A stretch of 56,146 nucleotides of DNA, counting the filler, from Sluysia triapertura (Eukaryota), in the NCBI GenBank assembly GCA_046118255.1. It is 4 parts of 4 records of this genome, joined end to end, with 100 filler letters (N's around TTAATTAATTAA, not from the genome) between each part and the next. Parts side by side here need not be neighbours in the genome. Positions count along the whole stretch, not along the records: positions 12,945 to 28,007 come from JBJNIA010240216.1; 3 more parts are not named here. One strand, 5' to 3'. Shown here piece by piece: positions 13,236-25,605 of this stretch. Position 1 is the stretch's first letter. Each line of letters begins with the position of its first letter. Both the position numbers and the translations under genes were made by a program. The notes below the pieces were generated by a model, which saw only the letters and a program-made list of their open reading frames with translations, had not been told where the DNA came from and did no database searches.

Positions 13236-14329
13236 ATTTTATATTATCATTATTTTAAATGGAACCTTAGGTCTTTACCTCAAAATGTGTTGTAATGGCT
13301 AAGTATAATAAAAGTGATGCTCACGAAGATACCAACTCAGACATGTTATTGAAATTGACATGCGACATACAAGTGACGCATGATGTATGTAATGATAAAT
13401 TCCCCAAAGAAAATTAATCTAGTATTTGATTAGTTTCATGTTTATTTTACGTTGACATATTATGTTAATATCAAAATATTAGAGTAATAATGATATTAAA
13501 TTTTGATTGAGTTATGTTCAAAAATTATTTATTCAATGGGTTCGCATATAGTATACAGTTTATGCATGTATAGGTAAGCGGATATCGAATAATGACAAAT
13601 TAAAATAAACGTCTAAATCCACTAAGAATTATTACTGAAATAGTCTTAAACACTTAATATAAATATATGCATAATTCCTGTGGTTTTTCTAACACTTAAC
13701 CTAAGGCAAAATATTTTTGAGCAGGACCGGTTACATTAAACATCTTACCTCATAAAGAGGCGTTTCTCTAACTAATTAAGCTAATACTTTAGCAAAATAC
13801 TCCCCAATGAGGGTGTTATTAAATGCACAATTAATAAATTAACTATGTATTTAATTGTTTCTAAAAATTTATTAATATAATATACAATTTTCAGTTAAAC
13901 TTTTATTCAATTAAATGAAAACAAGAATATATCTTTATTCCAAATTAAAAGTGAATAATTAAAAGTGATAATAAGAAGAATTAAAGGTAAAATATAGGCT
14001 AATAAAAAGACAATAATTTAAAATTAAACCGCCGAGAGCGTTTAATCAATATATCGGGAGTAATAATTGAAATAAATAATTATAATTACAATATTTTTTG
14101 TAATTACAGCTTCTAATATTGAAATATACTTTGTCAGTATATTTACCAAACATGGTAAAAAATCGGAATCCTAGAATTATCTTGATCTACAGATTATACC
14201 CATTAATGATACCTGCGAACGAATCAACTAAAAATTTCGAGAAGTTTCCAATACGGCGAATATGAAATAAATAACAAAAATAATGTAAAAAACAAAATGG
14301 CGATTAACAAATGTCGATTTTCCTTAAAT

Positions 14330-14620
14330 TGATGCTAGTTTATATACTGGTCGTCAGCCAATAGGAAACGATGGATTGTTCTCGAATGTTCTAAAACATT
14401 TTATAAACTTCCATTTTATTTTTGGAAACGAATTTTCAAAAATAGTCATTTTTTGAAATAATAAGAGTATTCTTTAAAAACAATATATAAATTCAAAATT
14501 ATAAGTTATTATCTGTATACAATTACTCAATTAAAATATTCCAGTGATGACGTTCGTATTTAACAATAATAAAAACGCATATCACTACCCATAACAATAA
14601 AATATTGCTGATAAAGTTAA
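14330..14620 (-). mobile_element. Degenerate copy of the piggyBac-like, HSE-bearing repeat
   Basis: Inverted homology to ~39562-39860 (gatgctagtttatat.ctggtcgtcagccaat...atggattgttctcgaatgttcta); a decayed ...ataaagttaa end lies at the expected distance. Confidence 0.6.
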
Positions 14621-16718
14621 ATCAATTAATAAAGATAAATCCTCAATCACAAATACGTTAAGGCTGCTCCTTTAATGGAAATGAAACTCCGTATTTCAAG
14701 TTTTCTTACTTGTTCAACTATCTTGTCCTGGTTCTATTGCAAAAATGTGATCGGTTGTTAGGAGATTAAAAATTGGAAAATGTAAAGAATTACTTGATAT
14801 AATTATTCATTCTTTTTAGTCAGTCATACGCCGACCAATTTCAGTAATTAAATTTCAACAGTAATTTCCGTTGGCTTTCGATTTGTGGTGAACTATCCCC
14901 TTGACTAACAATAATAAAATAAAAAAAATTGTGTGGTTATAAAATAATAATTTATATTTTATGTATAAAACAAAATAATAACAATCTAATTATTTTTAGA
15001 TTTCACTTGTCTTATGCCAAAAATACGGCACAGCGCGATAGCGCTTTTCTTGTTTTGTATCGATAATGCGAAGATGCTGCTGTTGGTAAAAAAAGGAGTT
15101 CATTGAACTTGGGCAGTAAAGCATTTTTGTAATAAGTGAAAATAAGAAATATTTTTTTGATCAAAATTACTTGTTACATAACAATTAGTGTTAATTATAA
15201 CGCATTTCATCCCGGACTTTTAGCAAATGAATAAGAAAATTCTCCCGCACTCAAACAGTTAATACTAATGTAAACTGTTAATTATAAAAGCAATTTTAAT
15301 ATAAATTGTGTGGAAGTAAGAGTTTTATTTCTAGGCACCAATTTATTATCAACTATTAAATTTTGATAAATATATTTAGAATAATAATAATAATAATAAA
15401 ACAAAGAAAATAAGTAAAAAAGAATATTTAAAAATCATCATCTTCTTTTGTTGGTAATATCCATGGTCTTCCGGAAGGAATATCTGTAACTTCTAAATGC
15501 ATCAGTAAAATTCGTAAAACATTTAAAATTATTTTGAAAATATCATAAACTTTGCGACATAAAAATTTCTTGAAATAAATCAAAGAAAAATTCAAATATG
15601 TATGTTCGTTAAATCTTAGTAAACACCTTTAGCTTACTAAAATCATTTTACAAAAATTCAAATTAACACCAGTTAGCATGTTTCAGTTTAATAGTATAGC
15701 CAGTTGCGTTCATTTTATATTTCGTGCAATAAGTACTATCAAACTTTACATCATTATTGGTACTATGTAAATTTTTACCAAATACTTCCAAAACCATAAC
15801 AGAGCATTTTATTCAACGTTTCACCTTAAACTTACAGTGACTTACATCACATAATTTTTATTTTCCTGATGACTGTTTATCTTCAACATATTATATGTAA
15901 CCATATAACTTAAATTTAAACATTCAGCCATAATTCTCATCTTCATATTTGTTATAGCCTATTTTTAACATAATTTTTCATTGTAAACTTCTGCTGGTCT
16001 TAATGGTTCGATTATTTATTATGAACATGTTTTCACCATGCTCATATATTCTAAAGATAGCACATTTTTCTCTAAAAAACCTAATTCTGCCTATATTCAA
16101 TTAAACACATCATAAGCTTGATCCTTTTCCTGTCATGACGCACTAATACAGTACTTTCTTAACGATTTTCATTGTCATACTATTACTATGGAACTTCTTT
16201 ATAAACGTTGTGAAATGTAACTGGTTAATGATGATAAATATTATGTCAATAGCCTGTTTCTAATATAATTTTAGATGTGATGTAATATGTCTATTTCTGG
16301 ATGTGTGTGTTTATTAGTTATGAATCATTTTGTGTTTTTATAAATCATTATAAATTTTATATGCTAATAATATTAATAGTGTATTTTTAGACATTAATAT
16401 TAATCTATTTATTATTTTATATAATTTATTTAATTTAATAACATATATAATTTTAAAAATTCATTTTAATACGGATTATTTTGTTAGAAATATAATTGAG
16501 TAATATTATTTAAAATTGTTTGATAAATAATTAAAAATAAGTTTGTTTAAAAATGACCTTGAATTAAATTAGGTATATATAGACCAATCAGTACTGAATA
16601 ATCACACGCATTTAAATATACAACAGAATAAATATAAATTACAATTGACAGTTTGGGTGTGTCGACATCAACGAGTAACAGAATACATATTACTAAAATT
16701 CTTTTGTCAGTTCGGTGA

Positions 16719-16795
16719 TTATCCGCAGAATAAACATAAAACAATTCTCTTCGGAAAATAAACAAAATAATCCCTTAGTTTACAACGTTTAGTTC
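16719..16795 (-). CDS. Probable terminal exon of an unidentified gene (C-terminus GTKRCKLRDYFVYFPKRIVLCLFCG*)
   Basis: Acceptor attatatttcag|GA; phase 1 matches the donor at 18516; stop TAA at 16719-16721. Confidence 0.45.
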
Positions 16796-18515
16796 CTGAA
16801 ATATAATACATAAAATCTCATTTATTCATTATCAACCGTTTAAAATGGTTGAGGTAAAATTCATTTAAAATCAAGTTTGATAAAACTTAATTACTTTGAA
16901 GTTTTTAATTTTGTAAAATTTATATCCATATTCATTCTTATTTTCACATATAACCATGCATATTTGATATTTAATTGTTTTTTAATATATATATTGTTAT
17001 AATTTTTAGTAACCTTCTAATTCAATTCGTACAGAATATTAAATTATATAGTCGCAAATTTACCCCAAAATCGATTGTTTTTTGTCAGTTTAATATTAAA
17101 ATTCTTTTGAAAGATCCTATATAATCGGGATCCTATGCAAAATACATATTTTAACCTGTCACTGAAATAAGACAGAAATCGAATCCTTCACATTGTACCA
17201 GTAGCTCTTTGGCGAGTTTACAGACATTTTAAAATAGAAAAAAACCTCCAAATAATTATTTTATACGTCACTTACGTGTTAGCCCTTAAGTGAGTAAGTC
17301 TAATTTCGCAAGGAACTCACAAATTAAAATCAAACTCAACCAAGATTTAGATAGGCAAAAATTTTAATATCTATAAAGATGTTGTTTAAGGACATTTTGA
17401 TGAAATCGCTAGGTTTTTGTTTACGTATAATTTGATTAGGTAGTGCAGATAAATGATGATAGCACAGTCAATATTATGTAATGCTTTTGTTTACTTACAT
17501 CCATTACACCATAAATTATACTTTTAAGCTTTAATTTAATCCATTCAAAAAAGATAAAAACCACAAAGAAAAATTATCAGAACGTAATAAATTAAAATCG
17601 TTATTCTTTCTAGTTTAATCACAACTCTTCAGTTATCTCATTAGCAATCGTCTCTTGTATTAGCATTTCGACCTTTGATAAGTTATTTCAATTATGAGAA
17701 CAGTTTTCGATTGAAGACTATATGGAAGAAATAATAAATTATACTCTAAACAATCCATGATTATACTTGTTCCATTCATCTTGAACACATTCATTTATTG
17801 GAAATAAAAATTCGAAGTATTTAATTCGTGATATTATGGAAACTCAATTCTAATTCGAAAAAAATTCCAAGACACTTTCAATAATCACATTTCTTGCATA
17901 TTTATGTTTTCTCACATGAAAATAATTGCTTTTTTCGGAGTAGTTCAGATATTTTTAAGATCTAAGGCATATTTTTATTTTAAGAAATTAATCTTTTCCC
18001 TTTTCACTATTTCTCAACGCATTACATTAAAGATTATAATGATTAATTTATGGCCTACATCGAAACTGAAGCTCTAAAAGGTTCATTTCAAATAAACATT
18101 TCATTTTGGAAAATAAGTTTTAATCTAGATATAATCAAAGCCATCAATATGATTACAGACATTAAATAAACTAATAAAACAATTTTACTTTTTAAAATCC
18201 CTATAATTCACACTTCACGATCTGTCAGATATTTGTAAAATATGTTACTTATTCCGCTATTTGAGAACCGGAACAAGTTCATCAATTAATTTTTAACTGT
18301 AAAAGAAAAACTTTTTAAATTTAAAATAAACATTTATAGTAGCATCAGAAATTTCTATTTGATTTTTGTTTTCTGCTTATAGTTTAATAAACTAACTCTA
18401 TTTTATACTTAAATACAAGATTTGGAATACATATAACCTTTAGTAACTCTGTTTTAATCGTTGTTAAAAATTCTATTTTAATCAAGAAATTTTATAAAGA
18501 AAATAAAAATCTTGC

Positions 18516-18834
18516 CTATTGTTTCATTTATAAGACTGGCACTAGATTGTTCAAGATTTTGGTCGCGCTTTGAATGATTCTGTATATGNNNNNNNNNNNN
18601 NNNNNNNNNNNNNNNNNNNNNNNNNNNNNNNNNNNNNNNNNNNNNNNNNNNNNNNNNNNNNNNNNNNNNNNNNNNNNNNNNNNNNNNNNNNNNNNNNNNN
18701 NNNNNNNNNNNNNNNNNNNNNNNNNNNNNAGATCTCATTGTTGTATTGCTGCTTAATCGATGACTTGATAATGGCTCCACTGGTACTTTGATCTTATAAC
18801 TATTATGAACTGCACTTTGAGGACGTCTTGTAGA
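18516..18834 (-). CDS. Probable internal exon, Ser/Arg-rich, spanning a sized N gap; product unknown
   Basis: Acceptor tttttttgtcacag|TCT; open reading STRRPQSAVHNSYKIKVPVEPLSSHRLSS...HSKRDQNLEQSSASLINETI; candidate donor AG|gcaaga. Confidence 0.5.
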
Positions 18835-18999
18835 CTGTGACAAAAAAATTACATCAATATCATATTAATTTAACAATTTAATTTTATAGCAATTCAAGTA
18901 AAATAAATTCATTCAAATGAGCTATTAAAATGTGTTGCCTAAAGTCGAAAAAAAATAATAATAAATAAAGTCACAAGTCATTGATTTTTAATCTCAATA

Positions 19000-20792
19000 C
19001 ATAGGAAAATTTTCATTCCTTCTGTTGCGTCTTTAAAAATTACTACCTATGATAACACAATATTATCTTGATCAGCTTAAAAGAATCTTAATAATTTAAG
19101 TAGTCACTATATCAAGTATAATTTTGAGTAATTCTCTTACTTAATATTAATAACTATTTCTCCAAAATTAAGCTCTTAAAAATCAAATCAAAAATAAGGC
19201 AATCATTTACTATTAAACAAAAATCAAATTAGAATTTATTGTTATTAGTATGACTTTCCACTAAACAAAACTAAAATGACAAAATTAACAATATTGTTTA
19301 TAATAGTATTAAACATACTACAATCTAACTGAAAAACCAGGAGTGACGCATCAAACACTAAAAATATGAATATCCAGAAAGTTTAAAATAGTAACGATGA
19401 TTAAATACTTTAAAAATAAATTTGGCAGAGAAGTTAATTTAAAATCTCTAAAAATCAAAAAAATTAATTCAAAATATTTCAAAAATAAACTGGACAGGGT
19501 GTCTCCCACTAAATTATTTAAAAAATGAGTGAAAATAAAGTAGCACAATATTAATTTATATTAAAATTATCTTTCCTTTAATAAAATCAAAAATTAAGTT
19601 AAAATAAAATCAATTAATTAGCTTATTTTAATTTTAAAATAATAAAATAAAATAAACAATAACGATACCATATGCATTTATCTTCATTGGATAATTACGT
19701 AATTATGTCATTATTGTTATTGTGATAAAAATTAAGAAATCTTTATTTTAAAGTCTCTCATCATCCAATCAATTCCCAGTCTCAAAACCAAACACTCTCA
19801 CACAAATCATCCAAACCTCTTTGAGAATCAGACTGACAATAAAAACTTTGACAATTACATGGTACGGTCTGTCAAATTTTTTTAGGTACAAAACATAGAA
19901 ATCTGATTTATTATCAACCATCAATTCTTTTTTAAATTACTTCTCACATTAAAATAACAATCAGCAATACTATTAACGTACATAAAAATAACGAATTTAA
20001 TTTCACTTTCTACTATTTAATTAATTTCTATTTTTCAGACCCAATTTTCTAATGAAAAGTGTTTTAAGGTTCTTATTCTCAAACGAACCATTTTACAAAC
20101 ATTTCGAACTCACTTATAGATTATCCTCTTTCACAGCAACAATTTCATATTCCATTGCATCACTCTGAGTATAATAAATAAAACACTCCATAATTAAAAA
20201 TTAATTAAAATTTGACTTTGTTCAATATCAAGGCTTTCCTTGCATGAACTCGGTCAAACCATACCTTCATCGAAAGATCATTTCAAAGGAAATACAAACA
20301 GTTTCAAGTTAAACATAGCATTCCACATTCAAAAGTAATTCACAAAAACGTACTTTTTCTTAATTAATTTAATTAAGATTTTTAATTAATTAAACTATTT
20401 TTAGACTTTATCTTATTTTATGTTTAAAGGATTTATTAAGGTCCTAAAGTTATTTAGTAGTTTATAAGGCATTCAGGAGGCTCTAGATGTTTTCACCTTT
20501 ACCTCTCTGATTCATTTTTCTACTTCTTCATGTTAATTATTACTATGTTAAACTTCTCTTTATTATTTTGAACAAAGATTTTATTTCTCAATCATTTTAA
20601 AGATTTTATACACTTTATAAGGTTACTTATCGATATTCCAAGAATACTTAAAGGTTACTAAGGTTTTAAATGATTCAAAGGTTCCAAAGTTCAAAGGTAC
20701 CTCAATGTTTCCAAAAGTTTTTCAAGTCCATCTCAAGCTTTCATAAGATCTCAAACCCTTATATAGGTCTTAGGAACCTTAAGATATTCTTT
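19000..20792 (+). repeat. Unclassified ~1.8-kb interspersed repeat, copy A
   Basis: Colinear with 33511-35395 (inverted), 27370-28007 and 41730-42780; shared blocks aaacactctcacacaaatcat, catggtacggtctgtcaa, gcatgaactcggtcaaacc. Confidence 0.85.
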
Positions 20793-20935
20793 AGCTGTTA
20801 AGATTATTATAAATGTTATTATAAATCCATTATAAAGATTATTATAAATCCATCACTTGTATCAGTTTTTCCCTCATTTTATGATTTTATATATTTTCAT
20901 TCATCTCCAGATCCACAGTTGGGCAATCCCGACAG

Positions 20936-21587
20936 ATGGATTGTACTTCAATTAATGAAAATTTTATGCTATTTTCATCACTTAGCCATCAATTCACTCA
21001 TAATATCCCAGATGATTATGATGATGATAATGCTGCTGCTAATGATGATAATGATCAAGTTGTGATAACTTGTACTAGGTACCAGATTAAGTTCTGTACC
21101 TAGTCCTAGTGATGCAGATTTTACTTTCCGTTTTGTGTTCCGATCCATTAAAGATAAAAGCGATAGAGTTGATGATGATATGGTAGTTCCAGTTATTGAA
21201 GATGTTGCTGTCACTGTTGATGCCGCATTTCCTGGACAGTTTCCTGTTAAAGTCAATTTATTACAGCTAATTAAAGTTTAAGATGATGATATGATAGATC
21301 AAGACATTAATGATGCATCTGGCGATGCTGTTCTTGATATTCTTGCTGTTGTTCTTGCTCCTGTTGTTGTTATTGCTATCGTTGTTCCTGGCAATATTGC
21401 TGCTGCTTCTGTAGTTCCTGCTATTCATGTTGCTGCTGAACTTTCTGTACGGGGTCTGACCGCAGTTATGCCGTTGTACTCCAGGCATCGAGTAAGCCAT
21501 GCTCTTGAGGTAACTGCTATTCATCCGGTTGTTCCAGCCAATCCATCATGGTGCCAGTTTGTCTATTTCTTATTTTTCTATTTGTGA
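20936..21587 (+). pseudogene. Decayed Asp/Val/Ala/Pro-rich low-complexity ORF
   Basis: ATG at 20936, then DDYDDDNAAANDDNDQVV, a frameshift, ...DRVDDDMVVPVIEDVAVTVDAAF..*DDDMIDQDINDASGDAVLDILAVVLAPVVV; strong GNT codon periodicity and raised GC. Confidence 0.45.
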
Positions 21588-22076
21588 TCCGACCTTTCTC
21601 TTGTGTATGCCTCCTCTTTAAATGTGTGATTGATGTTCAGATTTATTATGTGAAATTTATTATATTTTTTATTATGAATCCTTTCTTTTACTGGTTAACG
21701 ACCAACCCTATTCTTTCCGAAGATGGTCCCGGCTCTAATGATCTTTTGTTCTATGTGTAGTGTTCAACTCATTCATAAACTACCAACAAATCCAACTACA
21801 AATCTTCCATACACAATACAGCTTTACCACATCTTTCACACACGCCAACACCTAAAATATAATATACTTTAAACATATTATTTACTTTAAATATATTATA
21901 TTAATACACCTTATCTAAAATATAACGTAATTCATTTAAATTACAATAATTTGTCGCACAACACTATTTTAATCAGCCAATATCGCCTCTTCCAACTGTA
22001 ACAACATCGCGTGAATTTTTGCACCCTTCATTTTTATTATTAGTATTATTTTATTATACATTGTAATTTTAAAAGC

Positions 22077-23888
22077 ATGTTTTTATTACTTGACAAATAT
22101 TTCGCTAATAAAAATTATATAATAGAACCATCATTTACTTCATTAGAAAAGAATGAACGACAGATTAAAACGCCATTTCGTATCAATGAAACTAGTTTAA
22201 CAGTCCGTATAGAAAATATAGAAAGGACTCATGAAAAAGAATTTGAAAAAATCAACCTTTCAGCATTAAGCCAAAATTTACTTAATTTGATAAAGGAAAA
22301 TAAACAAGTTTTTACAGAAAGTCAAATATATTCATTGGGTTATTCAGTTTCGACCGCTAAAAGATTGATAGAATATACTAAATATTATCTAAAAAACTAC
22401 CAAAATGCAGAAAGACAAAAATTAAGAACTACGTATAATGTTGCATTGGAATCGGAAAATTTATTTGAATTAATTGATCTTATTTTACAATTTTCAAATC
22501 AATATTTGATATTTTATTGCCTAAGTTCTAGTCCAAATATTTTATTTTTTTCAATATTTTTTGATAAAATAGCTAATTTCTCAAACTCAGAAATTAAATT
22601 TGATTTTGCAATAGTAGAAGGTTTTGATAACATTCAAATTGATAATTTAGTTGTATACAGAAAATGTAATTTGGAAATTGTTCTTAAAGATCGCTACTCT
22701 GAAACAGTTATTATGAAACCAAAGAAGCTTGATTCTTTTTTAATTTTGGATGATTGCGACATATTTTCCAGTTGTGTAAGTTTGCTGGAAACAGTACCTC
22801 AGTTATGTTTGGTGCAAGAATCTGTTTTAAATAAATTAAAGTTAAATATTCAGCACTGGTATACTTCTAGTTTTAAACCACTAAATATATCCAGATTTTT
22901 GACTTTTCGTTTTGTCGATTCTTTCACATTATTAACATTGAAAGGAAATTTACCAAAACTTTTGAATCAAATCGATTTTGACCAAATCATAGATCACATT
23001 CCGGTTTTAATTACAGATTCTGTTTTGCCAAATGATTATCTTTTTCATGATCGAATTTTATCAAAATATTTCATATTTATTATGCCATTTCGTCACTTGG
23101 AAGAAGCTGTGTCATTGTTACGAACGCTAAAGCCAACAGAAGTTTACCTTTGGTCAGAAAAAGCACATTTAGGTGTTTCTCTTCAAAAATGTTTAGAAAT
23201 TGATACAATTTATGTCAAATCAAGTTTATTTCAAAATATAAATTCAATGAATAGTGTTTCAAAATTTACCTCATTTATGTCATCCAATTCGTTTCAACTG
23301 AATACCGATCAAATTTTTGAATTATTTAATAATTTAAAACCGTTTTGTGAAAATTTCAATCAAAAATTGTTTATTTTAGAATCTCTGTTGTGCAATTTTG
23401 AAGATAAATATATTTTAGAACTTTTCCGTCACTCTTTAATACGATTACTGACGGAACAAAATGTTATTTATAAACCTCGTGGGCGTATAATTATTTGTGC
23501 GACAAACATTAATAATAATATTTTTCATCAATTTTGTGTACTTTTATCAATTTTTTGTGGCAATACGATCGTTTTAATTTCTTCAGAATTTGATCCAAAA
23601 TTGCAAAATAAATTCAATCAATTTAGTTTGAATTGCGCTTTGAAATTTGTTAAATTTGAAACGATTTTTATTGCTGAAAATAGTGACAAAGATTTTGACT
23701 GTTCGAATTTAAATGTCGATGGATTGTTGGTACTTGGTATCTGTTTTCAAGGACTGATTTCGAAAGAAGTGAGATATCCCGTATATTGTGCTAATGATCC
23801 TACTTATGACCTTGATGGTGTTCTGGATCTTCTTTTGAAGAGAAATAGTTTAATTTGCCCTATTCAGTATAAATTCGGTACGAATTAA
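22077..23888 (+). CDS. ALDH16A1: ALDH16A1-like aldehyde dehydrogenase family protein, intronless, predicted non-catalytic
   Basis: 603 aa. ALDH blocks SFLILDDCDIFSS, LVQESV and IMPFRHLEEAVSL..VYLWSEKAHLGVSLQKCLEIDTIYV (cf. ALDH16A1 [35 protein letters not shown]); a second partial NAD-binding module YKPRGRIIICA..SIFCGNTIVLIS; C-terminal LICPIQYKFGTN. The extra C-terminal module is characteristic of ALDH16. Confidence 0.8.
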   Translation: MFLLLDKYFANKNYIIEPSFTSLEKNERQIKTPFRINETSLTVRIENIERTHEKEFEKINLSALSQNLLNLIKENKQVFTESQIYSLGYSVSTAKRLIEYTKYYLKNYQNAERQKLRTTYNVALESENLFELIDLILQFSNQYLIFYCLSSSPNILFFSIFFDKIANFSNSEIKFDFAIVEGFDNIQIDNLVVYRKCNLEIVLKDRYSETVIMKPKKLDSFLILDDCDIFSSCVSLLETVPQLCLVQESVLNKLKLNIQHWYTSSFKPLNISRFLTFRFVDSFTLLTLKGNLPKLLNQIDFDQIIDHIPVLITDSVLPNDYLFHDRILSKYFIFIMPFRHLEEAVSLLRTLKPTEVYLWSEKAHLGVSLQKCLEIDTIYVKSSLFQNINSMNSVSKFTSFMSSNSFQLNTDQIFELFNNLKPFCENFNQKLFILESLLCNFEDKYILELFRHSLIRLLTEQNVIYKPRGRIIICATNINNNIFHQFCVLLSIFCGNTIVLISSEFDPKLQNKFNQFSLNCALKFVKFETIFIAENSDKDFDCSNLNVDGLLVLGICFQGLISKEVRYPVYCANDPTYDLDGVLDLLLKRNSLICPIQYKFGTN

Positions 23889-25539
23889 ATTATATAATAC
23901 ACATTTATTTCAGTTAATTCAATTAGAAAGTGAATTTTTATATGCCATATTAATAACAAAGTGTCTTTCTATGGATTGAATTTTACTTTTTAGGCAATAT
24001 ATTTCGATTGTGTTGTTTAATTGAAAGTTTGATATAATTATTTTGCAAAATTATGCTAGAATTGTAAAACCCAAGGTCATTTAACCATGACATTGAGTTT
24101 ATTAGTTGTATTTTTAACGAAAATTTACGATGCTTTATTAATTTTTATATAAAAATATGAAACTTACTAAAATGTATTTAAAAATTACAAAATTAATTCT
24201 ATTATTATTAAGTTCCATAATTCTGTCTAGTAGAATGTGTATTTACTACACAACCGACTGTAGTAAGATCTAGATCGAGTAAAAACAACAATGAATATCT
24301 TACAAATTACCTCCCTTCGTCTATATTGAAATAGTAAACTATAATATTAACAATTAAATCTGTGATCGTATTTCACGACATTTATTTATTACTTACAATT
24401 TATCGTCTTCGAGTTTACTTTTTCATTTATTCTTTTCAATAATATTTAAAAAGCGTTGATACCTGCTCCAAATATTTGGTAATCTTCCAGTTATTTTATT
24501 TTCCGAATTATTATTCATGACTCCTACGATTTCTCTTAAATTACGAGCAATATGGGTTCGTCTGCGGAATATGTTTTACGAGAATATGCTCGACGTTTTT
24601 GCAGAAAAACATCTAAATGAAACGAGGGTCTCTATCTATTAACAACCTAATTTAACAAAATATGACACAAGAAATATCTGTGTAAACACAATTTCGATAC
24701 ACTTTGATGAATCGAATACATAGTTTGAAGCTAAGGTTATCTTATTTGATGGATATATAATTAGTTTGGATTGCAGAAAGATGATGATGTAGTAATAGGT
24801 AGCGTTTAATACTTTGAATTAACTATTGTATTCAAAAAGTAATCAAATTAAATTAAAATAATAGGGTCTTTGACCCATTACTAATATTTTTAAGACTGCC
24901 ATTAAAATGGTCCCAAAATTTTAATAAAGTTGTGCATGTTGTGATCCAACCCTTTAATCAGAACCAAACAATAAATCAAACTTTAAACTTTCATATTATA
25001 ACATTTAATATTACTAAATTTAACAATATAAAATCAACCTTTTCTCAAAATTTCTTTATCGGTGGAATATATTAAGTCATGATAAATTTCAACGATAAAT
25101 CTAACTATTTTTGAATAATGCTTTTCTACAACTATCTTTATTGTAGTGTTACTACCATTAACTTCGAAGGTGGAAAAGAATAAGATGTTATAATAAATAT
25201 CATTGAAACTATTAATGCAAATCATTACGAAGTTCTTGTTGAAATTTTAGCCGAAGAACTGTGAAACCTCATGAGTAAATGCCGAACTCGAGAAAGTGTA
25301 AATTCAGATTATATTTATTTTTTAAAATACAGATATTTAAAAGCCAGAAATAGATAATGATCCATCAAAAGAAACAGATCAAATAAATTATTTATGTACA
25401 GAAGAATAAAACGATGTTTTAATAGCGTAATAAAAATAATTAGGATTTAGGTCAAAAGAAAGAGAGAAAGAATAAAAGAATTGAAATTTAATATTAATAG
25501 TTCTAACAATATTCATAATAATATTAATGTTGCGATACA

Positions 25540-25605
25540 GGCCTAAAGTGCCTTGTAGTTTAGTGGAATAGAGTAATCTAAAAATTGTTAGACGAGGTTG
25601 ACAGC
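25540..25605 (+). mobile_element. Spacer + 5' stub of the tRNA-derived module, cut off in the A-box region
   Basis: GGCCTAAAGTGCC..aaaatTGTTAGACGaggttgacagc versus GGTCTAAAGTGCC..aaaatTGTTAGACGgggctaatagc in the 45-kb copy; homology stops at 25605. Confidence 0.65.

Noticed and set aside
14680-14910. LITEIGRRMTD peptide resembling a CRE/RLE endonuclease tail
   Set aside because: Too short, with no supporting upstream motifs.
21290-21550. Minus-strand Gln-rich frame with TAA/TAG at Gln-like positions, suggesting a TAR=Gln genetic code
   Set aside because: It is the antisense shadow of the GNT-rich plus frame. The long ALDH16 and M8 frames have no internal TAR and end in TAA, consistent with the standard code.
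24390-24620. Candidate minus-strand exon(s) upstream of the 18.5-kb exon
   Set aside because: Several acceptor/donor choices, none phase-compatible or recognisable.
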